DNA of 64,000 bases from Acidobacteriota bacterium. GTDB taxonomy: Bacteria; Acidobacteriota; Thermoanaerobaculia; Gp7-AA8. The notes under the pieces are model-generated. The model was not told where the DNA came from. It was given only the letters and a program-made list of their open reading frames with translations, and searched no databases. Location: assembly GCA_019244185.1 (NCBI GenBank), contig JAFATB010000006.1, positions 544,001 to 608,000 on the forward strand, read 5' to 3'. The translations under genes were made by a program, and so were the position numbers. Below are positions 9,035 to 21,027 of this stretch, one piece after another (within the stretch, counting starts at the first letter, position 1; every line of letters starts with the position of its first letter).

Positions 9035-11269
9035 TCAGTGCTGTTGCTGCTGCTTCTTCCGCTTCTTCGCCTTGCGGCGGAACGAGCCCGGCCTGCGGAT
9101 GATCTCGTCGTACGGTCCGAGCCGCACCGCCTCGGCACGCGCGATCTTGATGAACGCCTCCTGGCTGCGCAGCGGCTCGTCACCCGGCACGCGGCGGCGA
9201 TACGTGCCGTCCGGCTCGAGCGTCCAGCCCTTGACGTTGTCGCCGAGGGAGATCGGGAGGATTTGGGACTCGATGCGGTGCACGAGCTCGGGATCGAGAA
9301 TCGGGAACGTCAACTCGATGCGGCGGATGAAGTTGCGCGGCATCCAGTCGCCGCTCGACACGTAGACCTCGGACGCGCCGCCGTTCGCGAAGCGGAAGAT
9401 GCGCGCGTGCTCGAGGAAGCGGTCGATCACCGACGTCACCCGGATGTTCTCGCTGTAGCCGCGCAGTCCCGGCACGAGACAGCACGTGCCGCGCACGAGG
9501 AGATCGATCTGCACGCCGGCGCGGCTGGCGCGGTACAGCGCCTCGATCACCGTCGGATCGACGAGCGCGTTCATCTTCGCCACGATCGACGCGGGGCGTC
9601 CCGCCGACGCGTGCTCGATCTCGCGCTCGATCATGCGGATCGTCCACGCGAGGTACTCCATCGGCGAGACGATGAACCGCTTCGGCTGCAGCGCCGGCTT
9701 CTTCGACGCGATGAGCTCCTGCACGCCGGCGACGCTGAAGCCGGTCAGCAAATTCATGAGCTGCGCCGCGTCCGCGCCAAACTCCGCGTCGCACGTGAAG
9801 AGATCGATGTCCGTGTACAAACGTCCCGTGATGGCGTTGTAGTTGCCGGTCGACACGTGCAGATAGCGCCGCAGCGCGCGCCCTTCACGCCGCACGACGA
9901 GGCACAGCTTGCAGTGCGTCTTGATGCCGACCAGGCCGTACACGACCTGCACGCCGGCCTGCTCGAGATGCCGCGCCCACGTGATGTTCTTCTTCTCGTC
10001 GAAGCGCGCCTGCAGCTCCACGACCGCGGTGACTTCCTTGCCGCGCTCCGCCGCATTCGCGAGCGCCTCGACGATCGGTGAGCCGGGGTCGGTGCGGTAG
10101 AGCGTCTGCTTGATCGCCACCACGTCCGGATCCTCCGCCGCCGCCTGCACGAACTCCACGACCGCGGTGAACGAGTCGTACGGGCGGTGCAGCAGGATGT
10201 CGCCGCGGCGGATGATCGAGAAGATGTCTTCCGACGTCGCCAGCTCGGTCGGGATGCGCGGGTTGAACGGCGGCTCGAGCAGTGCGGGATCGGGATTCTC
10301 GCGATAGATCTGCATGAGATCGCGCAGCCGCAGCGGCCCGTTCGCGATGAACACGTCCTCGGCTTCGAGCCCAGTCGCCAACACGATGACGTTCGGCAGC
10401 GCTTCGAGCGAGTCGCTCTCGACTTCCAGCCACACCACTTCGCGGCGCTCGCGGCGGCGCAGTTCCGTCTCGACCGACTTCAACAGATCCTGGACGTCGT
10501 CTTCCTTGATCGCGAAATCGGAGTTGCGGATCACGCGGAACGGCACCGTGCGCCGCAGCCGCAATCCGGGGAAGAAGCGGATCGCGTGCGAGGCGATGAC
10601 GTCCTCGATCGGCACGTAACGGCGCGAGTCGCCGAGGCGCACGAAACGCGGGAGCGTCTCGGGGATGCGCAGGACGACGACGATCTGCGTGTCGCCGCGC
10701 TCCGATTCGAGGACCAGCGCGAGGTTCAGCGCGAGGTTCGCGAGCAGCGGAAACGGATGACCGGGATCGATGGCCAGCGGCGTGAGGATCGGCTCGAGCT
10801 CGCGCCCGAAGTACTCGCTCACGAACGCGAGATCTTTCTTGCCGAGTTCCGCGACGCGCTCGATACGGATGCCGGAGTTGCGCAGCTCGGGGAGGAGCTG
10901 CTCGTTGAGACACGCGTACATGCGGCCGAGGAGATCGCGGCAGTGCGTGCGCACGGCGTCGAGACGTTCGGCCGGCGCAACCGTCTCGTGCCGCACGTCG
11001 GCGGCGATGAGGTCGCGGATCTCGCCGACGCGGATCATGAAGAACTCGTCGAGGTTCGACGCGGAGATGCTGAGGAACTTGAGGCGCTCGAGCAGCGGCA
11101 CGGAGCTGCTCTTCGCTTCGGCGACGACGCGGCGGTTGAATTCGAGCCAGCTCAACTCGCGGTCGAACAGCGGCAGCGGCGGCGTGGGGGCGTTCTCGCG
11201 CGCGGCGCGCACCGCGTCCGCGGCCACTGCCGCAACGGCGGCTTTATTTCCTTCCGGCACAGCCGTCAT
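9035..11269 (-). CDS. ppk1: Polyphosphate kinase 1
   Basis: RELSWLEFNRRV, SNLDEFFMIRV, LHRPYDSF, IKQTLYR, KTHCK (phospho-His), STGNYN, RFLEHARI, DWMPRN. Confidence 0.96.
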   Translation of the reverse strand: MTAVPEGNKAAVAAVAADAVRAARENAPTPPLPLFDRELSWLEFNRRVVAEAKSSSVPLLERLKFLSISASNLDEFFMIRVGEIRDLIAADVRHETVAPAERLDAVRTHCRDLLGRMYACLNEQLLPELRNSGIRIERVAELGKKDLAFVSEYFGRELEPILTPLAIDPGHPFPLLANLALNLALVLESERGDTQIVVVLRIPETLPRFVRLGDSRRYVPIEDVIASHAIRFFPGLRLRRTVPFRVIRNSDFAIKEDDVQDLLKSVETELRRRERREVVWLEVESDSLEALPNVIVLATGLEAEDVFIANGPLRLRDLMQIYRENPDPALLEPPFNPRIPTELATSEDIFSIIRRGDILLHRPYDSFTAVVEFVQAAAEDPDVVAIKQTLYRTDPGSPIVEALANAAERGKEVTAVVELQARFDEKKNITWARHLEQAGVQVVYGLVGIKTHCKLCLVVRREGRALRRYLHVSTGNYNAITGRLYTDIDLFTCDAEFGADAAQLMNLLTGFSVAGVQELIASKKPALQPKRFIVSPMEYLAWTIRMIEREIEHASAGRPASIVAKMNALVDPTVIEALYRASRAGVQIDLLVRGTCCLVPGLRGYSENIRVTSVIDRFLEHARIFRFANGGASEVYVSSGDWMPRNFIRRIELTFPILDPELVHRIESQILPISLGDNVKGWTLEPDGTYRRRVPGDEPLRSQEAFIKIARAEAVRLGPYDEIIRRPGSFRRKAKKRKKQQQQH

Positions 11270-11401
11270 CCCTCGCATTATGGCCCACGGCGCGTACAGC
11301 GCGTGTAAAGCGGACCTGGAGCGCGTGTCATTTCGGAATGCATGCCGATCTTTCGGTTCCCTTAACGACCTTGCGCCGCGATTCGTGTTATCGGTGTACG
11401 G

Positions 11402-12889
11402 ATGACTTCGCGCCGCATGCTCGCAGGCATCGCGCCGTGGCTGCTCGCCCTCGGCGGCACGGCGCTCGTGACGGCCGCCGGCCGCGCGATGGACGTCAAC
11501 GCGAACGCCGCCGGCTTCGCGTTCCTCATCGTCGTGCTCGTGGCTTCAGTCCGCGGCAGTCTCCTCGGCGGCATGGTCGCCTCGATCGCGGCGACGCTCT
11601 GCTACAACTACTTCTTCTTCCCGCCGCTCTACACGTTCACGATTCACGAGGCGGCGAACTGGGTCGCGCTCGCGGCGTTCCTCGTGACGTCGGTGACGGT
11701 GAGCCGGCTCGTCATCGCCGCGCGCGTGCAGGCCGAGCGCGCCGAGCAACGGCGCAACGAGGTCGCGACGCTGTACGGCCTCAGCGTCGAGCTCTTCACG
11801 GCGACCAATCGCGTCGGCGCGCTCGGCGAAGCGGCCGGCCGCGCGCTCTCGCTCTTCGGCGCGCGCGAGGGCGGGCTCGTGCTGTTCGAAGGCACGCCGT
11901 ACCGTCAGAACGTCATCTGGTGGCTCGGCGACAAACCGGACGAGATGGAAGACCTCATCGCCGGCGTGGGCCGTCATCAGGAGCCGCTCGAGTTTCCCTC
12001 GCCCCTCGGCCGCGACGTGCATCTTCCGCTGCTCGTCGGCGGCAAGACCGCCGGCGCGCTCGTCGCGCGCGGCACGGAAGCGTCGCTCCCCGCGCTCGTC
12101 TCCGCCGCGCGTCTCGTCGCACTCGCCGTCGAACGCGAGCGCTTCATCGAAGAGCACGCGCACATCGAGGCGCTGCGCGAGAGCGAAACGCTGAAAACCT
12201 CGCTCCTGCGCGCGATCTCGCACGACCTCACGACGCCGCTGACCGCGATCACGATTCAGACGGAGGGGCTGCGAAGGCGCGCGGCGAACGACGCGGAGCT
12301 GCGCGTGGCGGTGGCGGGGATCTCTGACGAGACCGCGCGCCTGCACCGCCGCATCGACAACCTCCTCGCGATGGCGCGCCTCGAAGCCGGCAAGTCGCGC
12401 CCGCGCCGCGAGCCGACGCCGCCCGCGGACCTCTTCCACGCCGTTCGCGAGAACCTGCCGCTCGTCTTTCAATCGCGTCCCGTGACGATCCGCGTCGACG
12501 ATGACTGTCCCGACGCGAACGTCGATCCCGCGCTCGCGCTGGAGATCCTCGTGAATCTCATCGAAAATGCACACCGCGTCTCGCCGCCCGACGCGCCGCT
12601 CGAGCTGACCGCGCGGACGCATCCGCTCGATCGCGCGATGGTGCGCATCGAGGTGCTCGACCGCGGCCCCGGCGTCCCCGCCGGACTCGCCGACGCGGAC
12701 GGCAACCTCGTCGCCGGTGCCACGAGCGACGTCGCGCAACGCGGACTCGGACTCGAGATCGCCCGCAGCCTCGCCGCCGCGAATGGAGGCAGCATCGGCA
12801 TCGCCCCGCGGGCGGGCGGAGGGGCGGTGGCGCGGCTGGACGTGCCGTCCGCGCCGCTGCCGGTGGTGGCGGAGGAAGAAGCGTCATGA
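11402..12889 (+). CDS. KdpD-type membrane sensor histidine kinase lacking the N-terminal KdpD/USP domains
   Basis: Four-TM DUF4118-like region (YNYFFFPPLYTFTI), GAF-like region, ISHDLTTPLT H-box, NLIENA, DRGPG, GLGLEIA. Confidence 0.88.
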   Translation: MTSRRMLAGIAPWLLALGGTALVTAAGRAMDVNANAAGFAFLIVVLVASVRGSLLGGMVASIAATLCYNYFFFPPLYTFTIHEAANWVALAAFLVTSVTVSRLVIAARVQAERAEQRRNEVATLYGLSVELFTATNRVGALGEAAGRALSLFGAREGGLVLFEGTPYRQNVIWWLGDKPDEMEDLIAGVGRHQEPLEFPSPLGRDVHLPLLVGGKTAGALVARGTEASLPALVSAARLVALAVERERFIEEHAHIEALRESETLKTSLLRAISHDLTTPLTAITIQTEGLRRRAANDAELRVAVAGISDETARLHRRIDNLLAMARLEAGKSRPRREPTPPADLFHAVRENLPLVFQSRPVTIRVDDDCPDANVDPALALEILVNLIENAHRVSPPDAPLELTARTHPLDRAMVRIEVLDRGPGVPAGLADADGNLVAGATSDVAQRGLGLEIARSLAAANGGSIGIAPRAGGGAVARLDVPSAPLPVVAEEEAS

Positions 12890-13572
12890 CTCTCGCGCCT
12901 CTCGTCCTCGTCGTCGACGACGACCCATCCATCCGCCAGTCGCTCCAGCGCGAGCTGCACGAGCGCGGCTACACGACCGTCGCGGGAAGCGACGGGCTCG
13001 AAGGCATTCGGGCGTTCGACACGCATGCGCCCGATCTCGTGCTCACCGATCTCTCCATGCCGCGCGCCGACGGCTTCGCGCTCATCAGCGCGATCCGCGC
13101 GAAGGCGCGCACGCCGGTCATCGTGCTCTCCGTGCGCGGCGAGGACGCGGACAAGATCCGCGCGCTCGATCTCGGCGCGGATGATTTCGTGACGAAGCCC
13201 TTCTCCGTCGCCGAATTGCTCGCACGCGTCCGCGCGCAGCTGCGACGCACCGCCGCCGCGGCGAAGACGCTCGCGTTCGACGGCCTCTCCATCGATTTGG
13301 AACGCCGTCGCGTCGTGCAGCACGAGCGCGAGATTCACCTCACGCCCACCGAGTACTCGCTGCTCGAGCTGCTGGCGACGAACGCGGGACGCCCGCTCTT
13401 CACCGACCACATCATCGGCCGCATCTGGCACGACGCGCCCGGCACGACTGCCGACACGGTGCGCGTGCACATGAGCTCTCTGCGCAAGAAGATCGAGCCC
13501 GATCCGTCGTCGCCGCGCTACATCGTGACCGAGCCGTGGGTCGGCTACCGCTTCATCGCCGAGCCGGTGTAG
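12886..13572 (+). CDS. kdpE: KdpE-like OmpR-family response regulator
   Basis: VVDDD, LTDLSMP, GADDFVTKPF, RKKIEPDPSSPRYIVTEPWVGYRF; overlaps the kinase stop. Confidence 0.88.
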   Translation: MTLAPLVLVVDDDPSIRQSLQRELHERGYTTVAGSDGLEGIRAFDTHAPDLVLTDLSMPRADGFALISAIRAKARTPVIVLSVRGEDADKIRALDLGADDFVTKPFSVAELLARVRAQLRRTAAAAKTLAFDGLSIDLERRRVVQHEREIHLTPTEYSLLELLATNAGRPLFTDHIIGRIWHDAPGTTADTVRVHMSSLRKKIEPDPSSPRYIVTEPWVGYRFIAEPV

Positions 13573-13623
13573 GCGTCCCCACGCCTAGGCACGATCCGGC
13601 GAGAGCGCGGCCGGCATCGGACC

Positions 13624-13781
13624 TCATTCTCATTCTGCGTTCTGCGTTCTGCGTTCTTCCTTCGCTTTTCCTCGTACCGACACCTCCCATCCACGCGGCG
13701 GCGCGCGAGTGCGAGTCGAGGCTCAGTCGGCGCGCACGGGCCGGAATGAAGAACGCAGAACGCAGAATGAAGAATTGAGAA
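13624..13781. repeat. Heptamer-based inverted-repeat element (TTCTGCG arm and CGCAGAA arm), REP-like
   Basis: TCATTCTGCGTTCTGCGTTCTGCGTTCTTC near 13630 and GAATGAAGAACGCAGAACGCAGAATGAAGAATTGAGA at 13744-13780; the same unit recurs at 56830-56930. Confidence 0.75.
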
Positions 13782-13860
13782 GCCCGCCCTGAAGAGACGC
13801 CGCGCCTCGGTGCTCCTCCAATCCTTCATTCCCGCATGCACACCACGCGTTCGGGTCTTT

Positions 13861-14133
13861 TCAATAGTGATAACGCGCCTGGAGAAAGTCGATGCGATCG
13901 TTTGTGACGAGATACACGATGCGGTGCTCCTGCGTCAGCCGTCGCGACCATGTGCCCGACGCGAGGTACTTCAGTGGTTCCGGTTTGCCGATGCCGGTGA
14001 AAGGCTCGCGAAGAACGGCCTCGACGATTTCCAGAGCGCGCAACGCCACTCTGCGGTCGGTCTCGACCCAATAGCGGAGGTCCTCGCGGAACTCGGACTG
14101 GAACACCGCCACGCGAGTGCGCTTCGCCGCCAC
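13861..14133 (-). CDS. yoeB: Txe/YoeB family mRNA interferase toxin
   Basis: EDLRYWV, PFTGIGKPEPLKY, WSRRLTQEHRIVY, QARYHY. Confidence 0.93.
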   Translation of the reverse strand: MAAKRTRVAVFQSEFREDLRYWVETDRRVALRALEIVEAVLREPFTGIGKPEPLKYLASGTWSRRLTQEHRIVYLVTNDRIDFLQARYHY

Positions 14134-14136
14134 CGG

Positions 14137-14424
14137 TTACTCTGCAGCGTCAAGACCCAAGTCTGCGCGGAGCTTCTCGAGAGCGTCGGCCCGCCCCCCT
14201 CCGGCCTGGGCACGGCGAAGGGCCGCGAGAAGCCGTTGGGCATTCCTGGGAGATCTGAGGAGATGGGCGGTCTCGATCAATCCGCGCAGCTCGTCAGCCG
14301 CGATGAGCGCCACGTCTGCGCCTTCGCGACGATGAATGATGACCTGCTCGCGGTTCTCCGCGACCTCGTCAAGCAGTGTCTTCAGGTTCGCTCGCGCTTG
14401 GGTGTAAGTGGTTTCGATCGCCAT
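14137..14424 (-). CDS. yefM: Phd/YefM family antitoxin
   Basis: TYTQARANLKTLLDEV, VIIHR, ETAHLLRSPRNAQRL; directly upstream of yoeB. Confidence 0.92.
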   Translation of the reverse strand: MAIETTYTQARANLKTLLDEVAENREQVIIHRREGADVALIAADELRGLIETAHLLRSPRNAQRLLAALRRAQAGGGRADALEKLRADLGLDAAE

Positions 14425-14442
14425 GTCGATTCTCTCGCTCAC

Positions 14443-14462
14443 CTGTACAGGCGGACTGTACG
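14443..14462. promoter_or_regulatory. Putative YefM-YoeB operator (TGTACA-type palindromes)
   Basis: CTGTACAG at 14443-14450 and TGTACG at 14457-14462, just upstream of the antitoxin start; TGTACA is the core of known yefM-yoeB operators. Confidence 0.6.
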
Positions 14463-14537
14463 CCATATTCCGGTTGCACACAATTGGAGGTCGCCACGTT
14501 GTCCGCTTGACATGCGCATTCACACCACGCATTCGGC

Positions 14538-14915
14538 TTCACGCGACGCATTCCGGCTTTTACGCGTCCAATTCCCGGATTCATCCGACGCGTTCTGGTT
14601 TTCGCGCGTCCAATTCCCGGATTCACGCGACGCGTTCTGGTTTTCATGCGACCGATTCCGACTTTCACGCGTCGCGTTCTGGCTTTCACGCGTCCAATTC
14701 CCGGATTCACGCGACGCGTTCTGGTTTTCACGCGACGCGTTCTGGTTTTCACGCGACCGATTCCGGCTTTCATGCGTCGCGTTCTGGTTTTCATGCGTCG
14801 CGTTCTGGCTTTCACGCGTCGCGTTCTGGCTTTCACGCGACCGGTTCTGGTTTTCATGCGACTGATTCCGGCTTTCATGCGTCGCGTTCTGGCTTTCACG
14901 CGACCGATTCCCGCC
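14538..14915. repeat. 21-bp degenerate tandem repeat, 18 units
   Basis: Contiguous units such as TTCACGCGACGCGTTCTGGTT, TTCACGCGTCCAATTCCCGGA and TTCACGCGACCGATTCCGGCT, with no spacers. Confidence 0.92.
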
Positions 14916-15156
14916 TCGCCGCCCCCGCGTGACAGGAGGATGCGGCCTCGGCCCGGCCGCGCTCAGCTGCGCGGCGCCACGCGATGAGAAGTCCATGCAT
15001 GGCAGCGATGTGACGGCGCCGTGTCAGCTGCAGCCCGGCGCCGCTTCGCATCTTCACGATTTCTTCCGAAACCATTTCGCGTTTCCGCGCGCGATCCTTC
15101 GCATTCCTTAGCGACCGCGCGGCGACGCCGCTGTTGCGATGAGTCAGGAGGCCGCC

Positions 15157-15576
15157 ATGACGACCCTGACTCACGCACCGGTACCGTTCGCGGACGTCCG
15201 CCATCACCCGCTCACGACCGCCGGGCTCGTGCTGCTCTTCTGGCTTTTCGCGGCGATGCTCGCCGCGACGTGTCATCGCCTGCTCGACGCGCGCTCGCTC
15301 TCCGGCAGCGCCGTCGCGACGATCTTCGCGGTGGCCGGCGTCGCGTACGCGTACACGCGACTCTGCGCGCGCTGCGCCGGCATCGCGCACGCGCTCGGCG
15401 TCGGCAGCGCGTGGCTCGTGCTGGCCATCGCCGCCGAGCTCGCGATCACGAGCCGCACCGGCCACGGCTGGTACGCGCTCCTCGGCACGCCCGCGCATCC
15501 ACTGCTGCGCAACGTCTTTCTCTTCTTATGGGTCTTCGCGCCGGCGCTGTTCGCGGGACGGGAGCGCGACGCATGA
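15157..15576 (+). CDS. Four-TM membrane protein, first gene of the kdp operon
   Basis: AGGAGG RBS before ATG 15157; hydrophobic segments; stop overlaps the next ATG. Confidence 0.7.
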   Translation: MTTLTHAPVPFADVRHHPLTTAGLVLLFWLFAAMLAATCHRLLDARSLSGSAVATIFAVAGVAYAYTRLCARCAGIAHALGVGSAWLVLAIAAELAITSRTGHGWYALLGTPAHPLLRNVFLFLWVFAPALFAGRERDA

Positions 15577-16601
15577 AACGTCTCGCCTTTCTGCTGTTCG
15601 CGTGCTGCGCCGCGTTGCGAGCGCACGCCGAAGACGCGCCCACGTTCTCCGGATTCGTCGACGTCGCGGCGGTCTACAACGCCAACGCGCCGGCGAGTCA
15701 CGAGAACTTCATCCCCGGCACCGGGACTTCGGCGAAGCGGGCGAACGAGCTCGCGCTCAACCTCGCCGAACTGCAGTGGACGCGCGCGGTGAGCGCCGAG
15801 CAGCCGGTCGGCTTCACGCTCTCGGTCGTCGCCGGCGACGGGGAAACCGTCGTGCACGGCAGCGACTCGCTGCGCTACGTCTACCAGGCGTCGGTCGCAT
15901 ACCGGCTGCCGGACGGCGTCGTGCTCGAAGCGGGCGTCTATCCGTCGCACATCGGCTTCGAGAGCCTCTTCTCGAAAGACAACTGGAACTACACGCGCTC
16001 GTGGCTCGGCGAGCTCTCGCCGTATTACCAGACCGGAATCAAAGCGAGCTACGCGTTCAACGCGCACTGGTCGGCGCAGCTGCACGTGCTCAACGGCTGG
16101 CAGCTCGTGCACGACAACAACGACGCGCGCGCGTTCGGGACGCAGCTCGCGTACACGAGCGACCGCCTGACCGCGTCGCTGAACACGTTCATCGGTCCCG
16201 AGCTCGCGGATGACAACAAATCACTGCGCACGCTCGGGGACGTCGTCGCCATCTATCGACTGACACCGCGACTCCAACTCGGCGGCTCGTACGACCGCGG
16301 CTCGCAGCAGCTGCCTGAGACGCGGGCCGCGCGCTGGCGAGGGCTCGCCATGTATGCGCGCTACACGCTGAATGCGCGTCACGCATTCGCACTGCGCGCG
16401 GAGCAATTCCGCGACGACGAAGGCGCGATCAGCGGAACGGGACAGACGCTGCGCGAAGCGACGCTGACGTGGGAAATGCGTCCACGCGACGCGCTCGTGC
16501 TCAAGCTCGAAACGCGCTACGACGATTCGAACACGCGCGTCTTCGCCGAGGACGCACGTGGCCGGTTCCTCGCGCTCATCGGCGCGGTGGTGACCTTCTG
16601 A
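15573..16601 (+). CDS. Outer-membrane beta-barrel porin (BBP2/OmpL-like)
   Basis: Signal peptide MKRLAFLLFACCAALRAHA; SHIGFES, NWNYTRS, PYYQTG, NGW, DNN motifs; C-terminal Phe. Confidence 0.8.
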   Translation: MKRLAFLLFACCAALRAHAEDAPTFSGFVDVAAVYNANAPASHENFIPGTGTSAKRANELALNLAELQWTRAVSAEQPVGFTLSVVAGDGETVVHGSDSLRYVYQASVAYRLPDGVVLEAGVYPSHIGFESLFSKDNWNYTRSWLGELSPYYQTGIKASYAFNAHWSAQLHVLNGWQLVHDNNDARAFGTQLAYTSDRLTASLNTFIGPELADDNKSLRTLGDVVAIYRLTPRLQLGGSYDRGSQQLPETRAARWRGLAMYARYTLNARHAFALRAEQFRDDEGAISGTGQTLREATLTWEMRPRDALVLKLETRYDDSNTRVFAEDARGRFLALIGAVVTF

Positions 16602-16684
16602 TGCTCGACCTTCTCTTTCTCGCGCTGACCCTCGCGCTCTTCGCCGTCGCCGCGGCGTACGTGCGCGCCTGTGAACACCTATGA
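16601..16684 (+). CDS. 27-aa single-TM peptide upstream of kdpF
   Basis: [27 protein letters not shown]; start and stop both overlap the neighbouring genes. Confidence 0.7.
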   Translation: MLDLLFLALTLALFAVAAAYVRACEHL

Positions 16685-16770
16685 ACTTCGAATCGCTCGC
16701 CGGACTCCTGCTCGCACTCGCCGCACTCGTCTATCTCCTCTTCGCGCTGCTGAAACCGGAGAAGCTGTGA
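16681..16770 (+). CDS. kdpF: K+-transporting ATPase subunit F
   Basis: Manual translation [29 protein letters not shown] (YLxxALxxPE motif); coupled to the kdpA ATG. Confidence 0.88.
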   Translation: MNFESLAGLLLALAALVYLLFALLKPEKL

Positions 16771-18451
16771 TGGCGTTCACCAAAGTCGCGCTCTTCTTCC
16801 TGCTCGTCGCGGTGACCACGAAGCCGATCGGTCTCTACATGCGCCGCGTCTTCTGCGGCGAACGGACGTTTCTCGACCCGCTCGCCGCGCCGCTCGAACG
16901 CCTCATCCATCGCCTGGCCGGCATCGACGCGAAACGCGAGCAGTCGTGGCAGGCGTACGCGCTGGCCATGCTCGCGTTCAGCATGATCGGCCTCGTGCTG
17001 ACGTACGCGCTGCTGCGTCTGCAGCACGTCCTGCCGCTGAATCCCGATCACCTCGGCGCGGTCGGGCCCGACCTCGCGTGGAACACCGCGGTCTCGTTCA
17101 CGACGAACACCGACTGGCAGGCCTACGTGGGCGAGTCGACGATGTCGCAGCTCTCGCAGATGGCGGCGCTCGCGTTCCACAACTTCGCGTCCGCCGCGAC
17201 CGGTATCGCCGTCGCCATCGCCGTCATCCGCGGCGTCGCGCGCCAGCGCGCCGCGACGCTCGGCAACTTCTGGGTCGATCTCGTTCGCGCGACGCTCTGG
17301 ATCCTCCTGCCGCTGTCGCTCGTTGCCGCGATCGTGCTGCTCTCGCAGGGCGTCGTGCAGAACTTCGACACGAGCACGCGCGTGCGCACACTCGAAGGCG
17401 CGACGCAAGCGATCGCGCAGGGACCGGTCGCGTCGCAGGAAGCGATCAAGGAGCTCGGCACGAACGGCGGCGGCTTCTTCAACGCGAACTCCGCGCATCC
17501 GTACGAGAACCCGACGCCGTTCACGAATCTCTTCGAGATGTTTCTCATCCTCTGGATCGCGGCCGGGCTCACGTACACGCTCGGCTCGATGACCGGAAAG
17601 CCGCGCCACGGCTGGGCGGTCTTCGCCGCGATGTCGCTGCTGTTTCTCGCGATGACGTCGCTCGGCGTCGCGGCGGAAATCCGCGGCAATCCGCTGCATC
17701 ACCTCGGCCCGAATCTCGAAGGCAAGGAAACGCGCTTCGGCGCCGCCGACTCCGCGCTCTTCGCGTCCGTCACCACCGCCGCGTCGTGCGGCGCCGTGAA
17801 CGCGATGCACGACTCCTTCACGCCGCTCGGCGGCTTCGTTCCGCTGGCGAACATCCTCCTCGGCGAAGTGGTCTTCGGCGGCGCGGGCGCGGGCCTCTAC
17901 GGCATCTTCGTCTTCATCATCCTCGCGGTCTTCATCGCCGGCCTCATGGTCGGCCGCACGCCGGAATACCTCGGCAAGAAGATCGAGGCGAAGGACGTGA
18001 AGCTGGCCATGCTCACGGTGCTGATCTTCGCCTTGTTCGTGCTCGCCGGCAGCGCGCTCGCGACCGCGACGAATGCCGGCCGATCGTCGATCAGCAACGC
18101 CGGACCGCACGGTCTCTCGCAGATGGCGTACGCGTACACGAGCGCCGCGGGCAACAACGGCAGCGCCTTCGCGGGGCTCAACGCGAACACGCGCTTCTAC
18201 AACATCGGACTCGGACTGGCGATGTTCTTCGGCCGCTTCTTCATGATCATTCCGGTCCTCGGCATCGCCGGCTCGCTCGCGGCGAAGAAGCGCATCGCCG
18301 AATCGGCGGGAACGTTTCCCGTCGACGGCGCGCTGTTCGCGATCCTCCTCGCCGGCGTCATCGTCATCGTCGGCGCGCTCACGTACTTCCCGATGCTCTC
18401 GCTCGGCCCCGTCGTCGAGCATTTCGTCATGCAGAGCGGAAAGGTGTTCGG

Positions 18452-18455
<4 letters not shown>
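16770..18455 (+). CDS. kdpA: K+-transporting ATPase subunit A
   Basis: [50 protein letters not shown]. Confidence 0.97.
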
Positions 18456-20448
<1,993 letters not shown>

Positions 20449-20452
<4 letters not shown>

Positions 20453-21027
20453 AAGAGCATCTCGTCATCGCCACGCGCACGACGCTCGTGCTGCTCGTGC
20501 TGGTCAGCGGCATCTATCCCGCGATCGTGTGGGGAATCGGCCAGCTCGCGTTTCGCGACGCCGCGAACGGCTCGCTCATCGTGCGCGACGGCCGCGTCGT
20601 CGGCTCGTCGCTCATCGCGCAGCCGTTCACGAGCGCGCGCTACTTTCATCCGCGACCATCCGCCGTCGATTACAACGCGCAGGGTTCCGGCGGAAGCAAC
20701 CTCGGTCCGACGTCGCAGAAACTGCGCGACCGCATCGTCGCGGACGTGCGCGCACTGCAGACGACGACGCGCGCGACGAACATCCCGCCCGACGCCGTCA
20801 CGACGTCCGCGTCCGGACTCGATCCGCACATCTCGCCCGAATACGCGCTGCTGCAAGTGCCGCGCGTCGCGCGTGCGCGGCATCTCGACGAAGCCAACCT
20901 CCGCGCGCTCGTGCGCGGTCACACCGAGGGACGCTTTCTCGGCGTGTACGGCGAGCCGCGCGTCAACGTGTTGCAGCTCAACCTCGCGCTCGACGCGCTG
21001 GTCTCCCGCGATGGCGCGCGCGAGTGA
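20449..21027 (+). CDS. kdpC: K+-transporting ATPase subunit C
   Basis: [47 protein letters not shown]. Confidence 0.96.

Noticed and set aside
14538-14915. CRISPR array
   Set aside because: Units are contiguous 21-mers with no unique spacers, and there are no cas genes in the window.
14369-14996. Four overlapping ORFs across the tandem repeat as real genes
   Set aside because: Openness follows from a stop-poor unit whose length is a multiple of three; none has a convincing RBS or domain.
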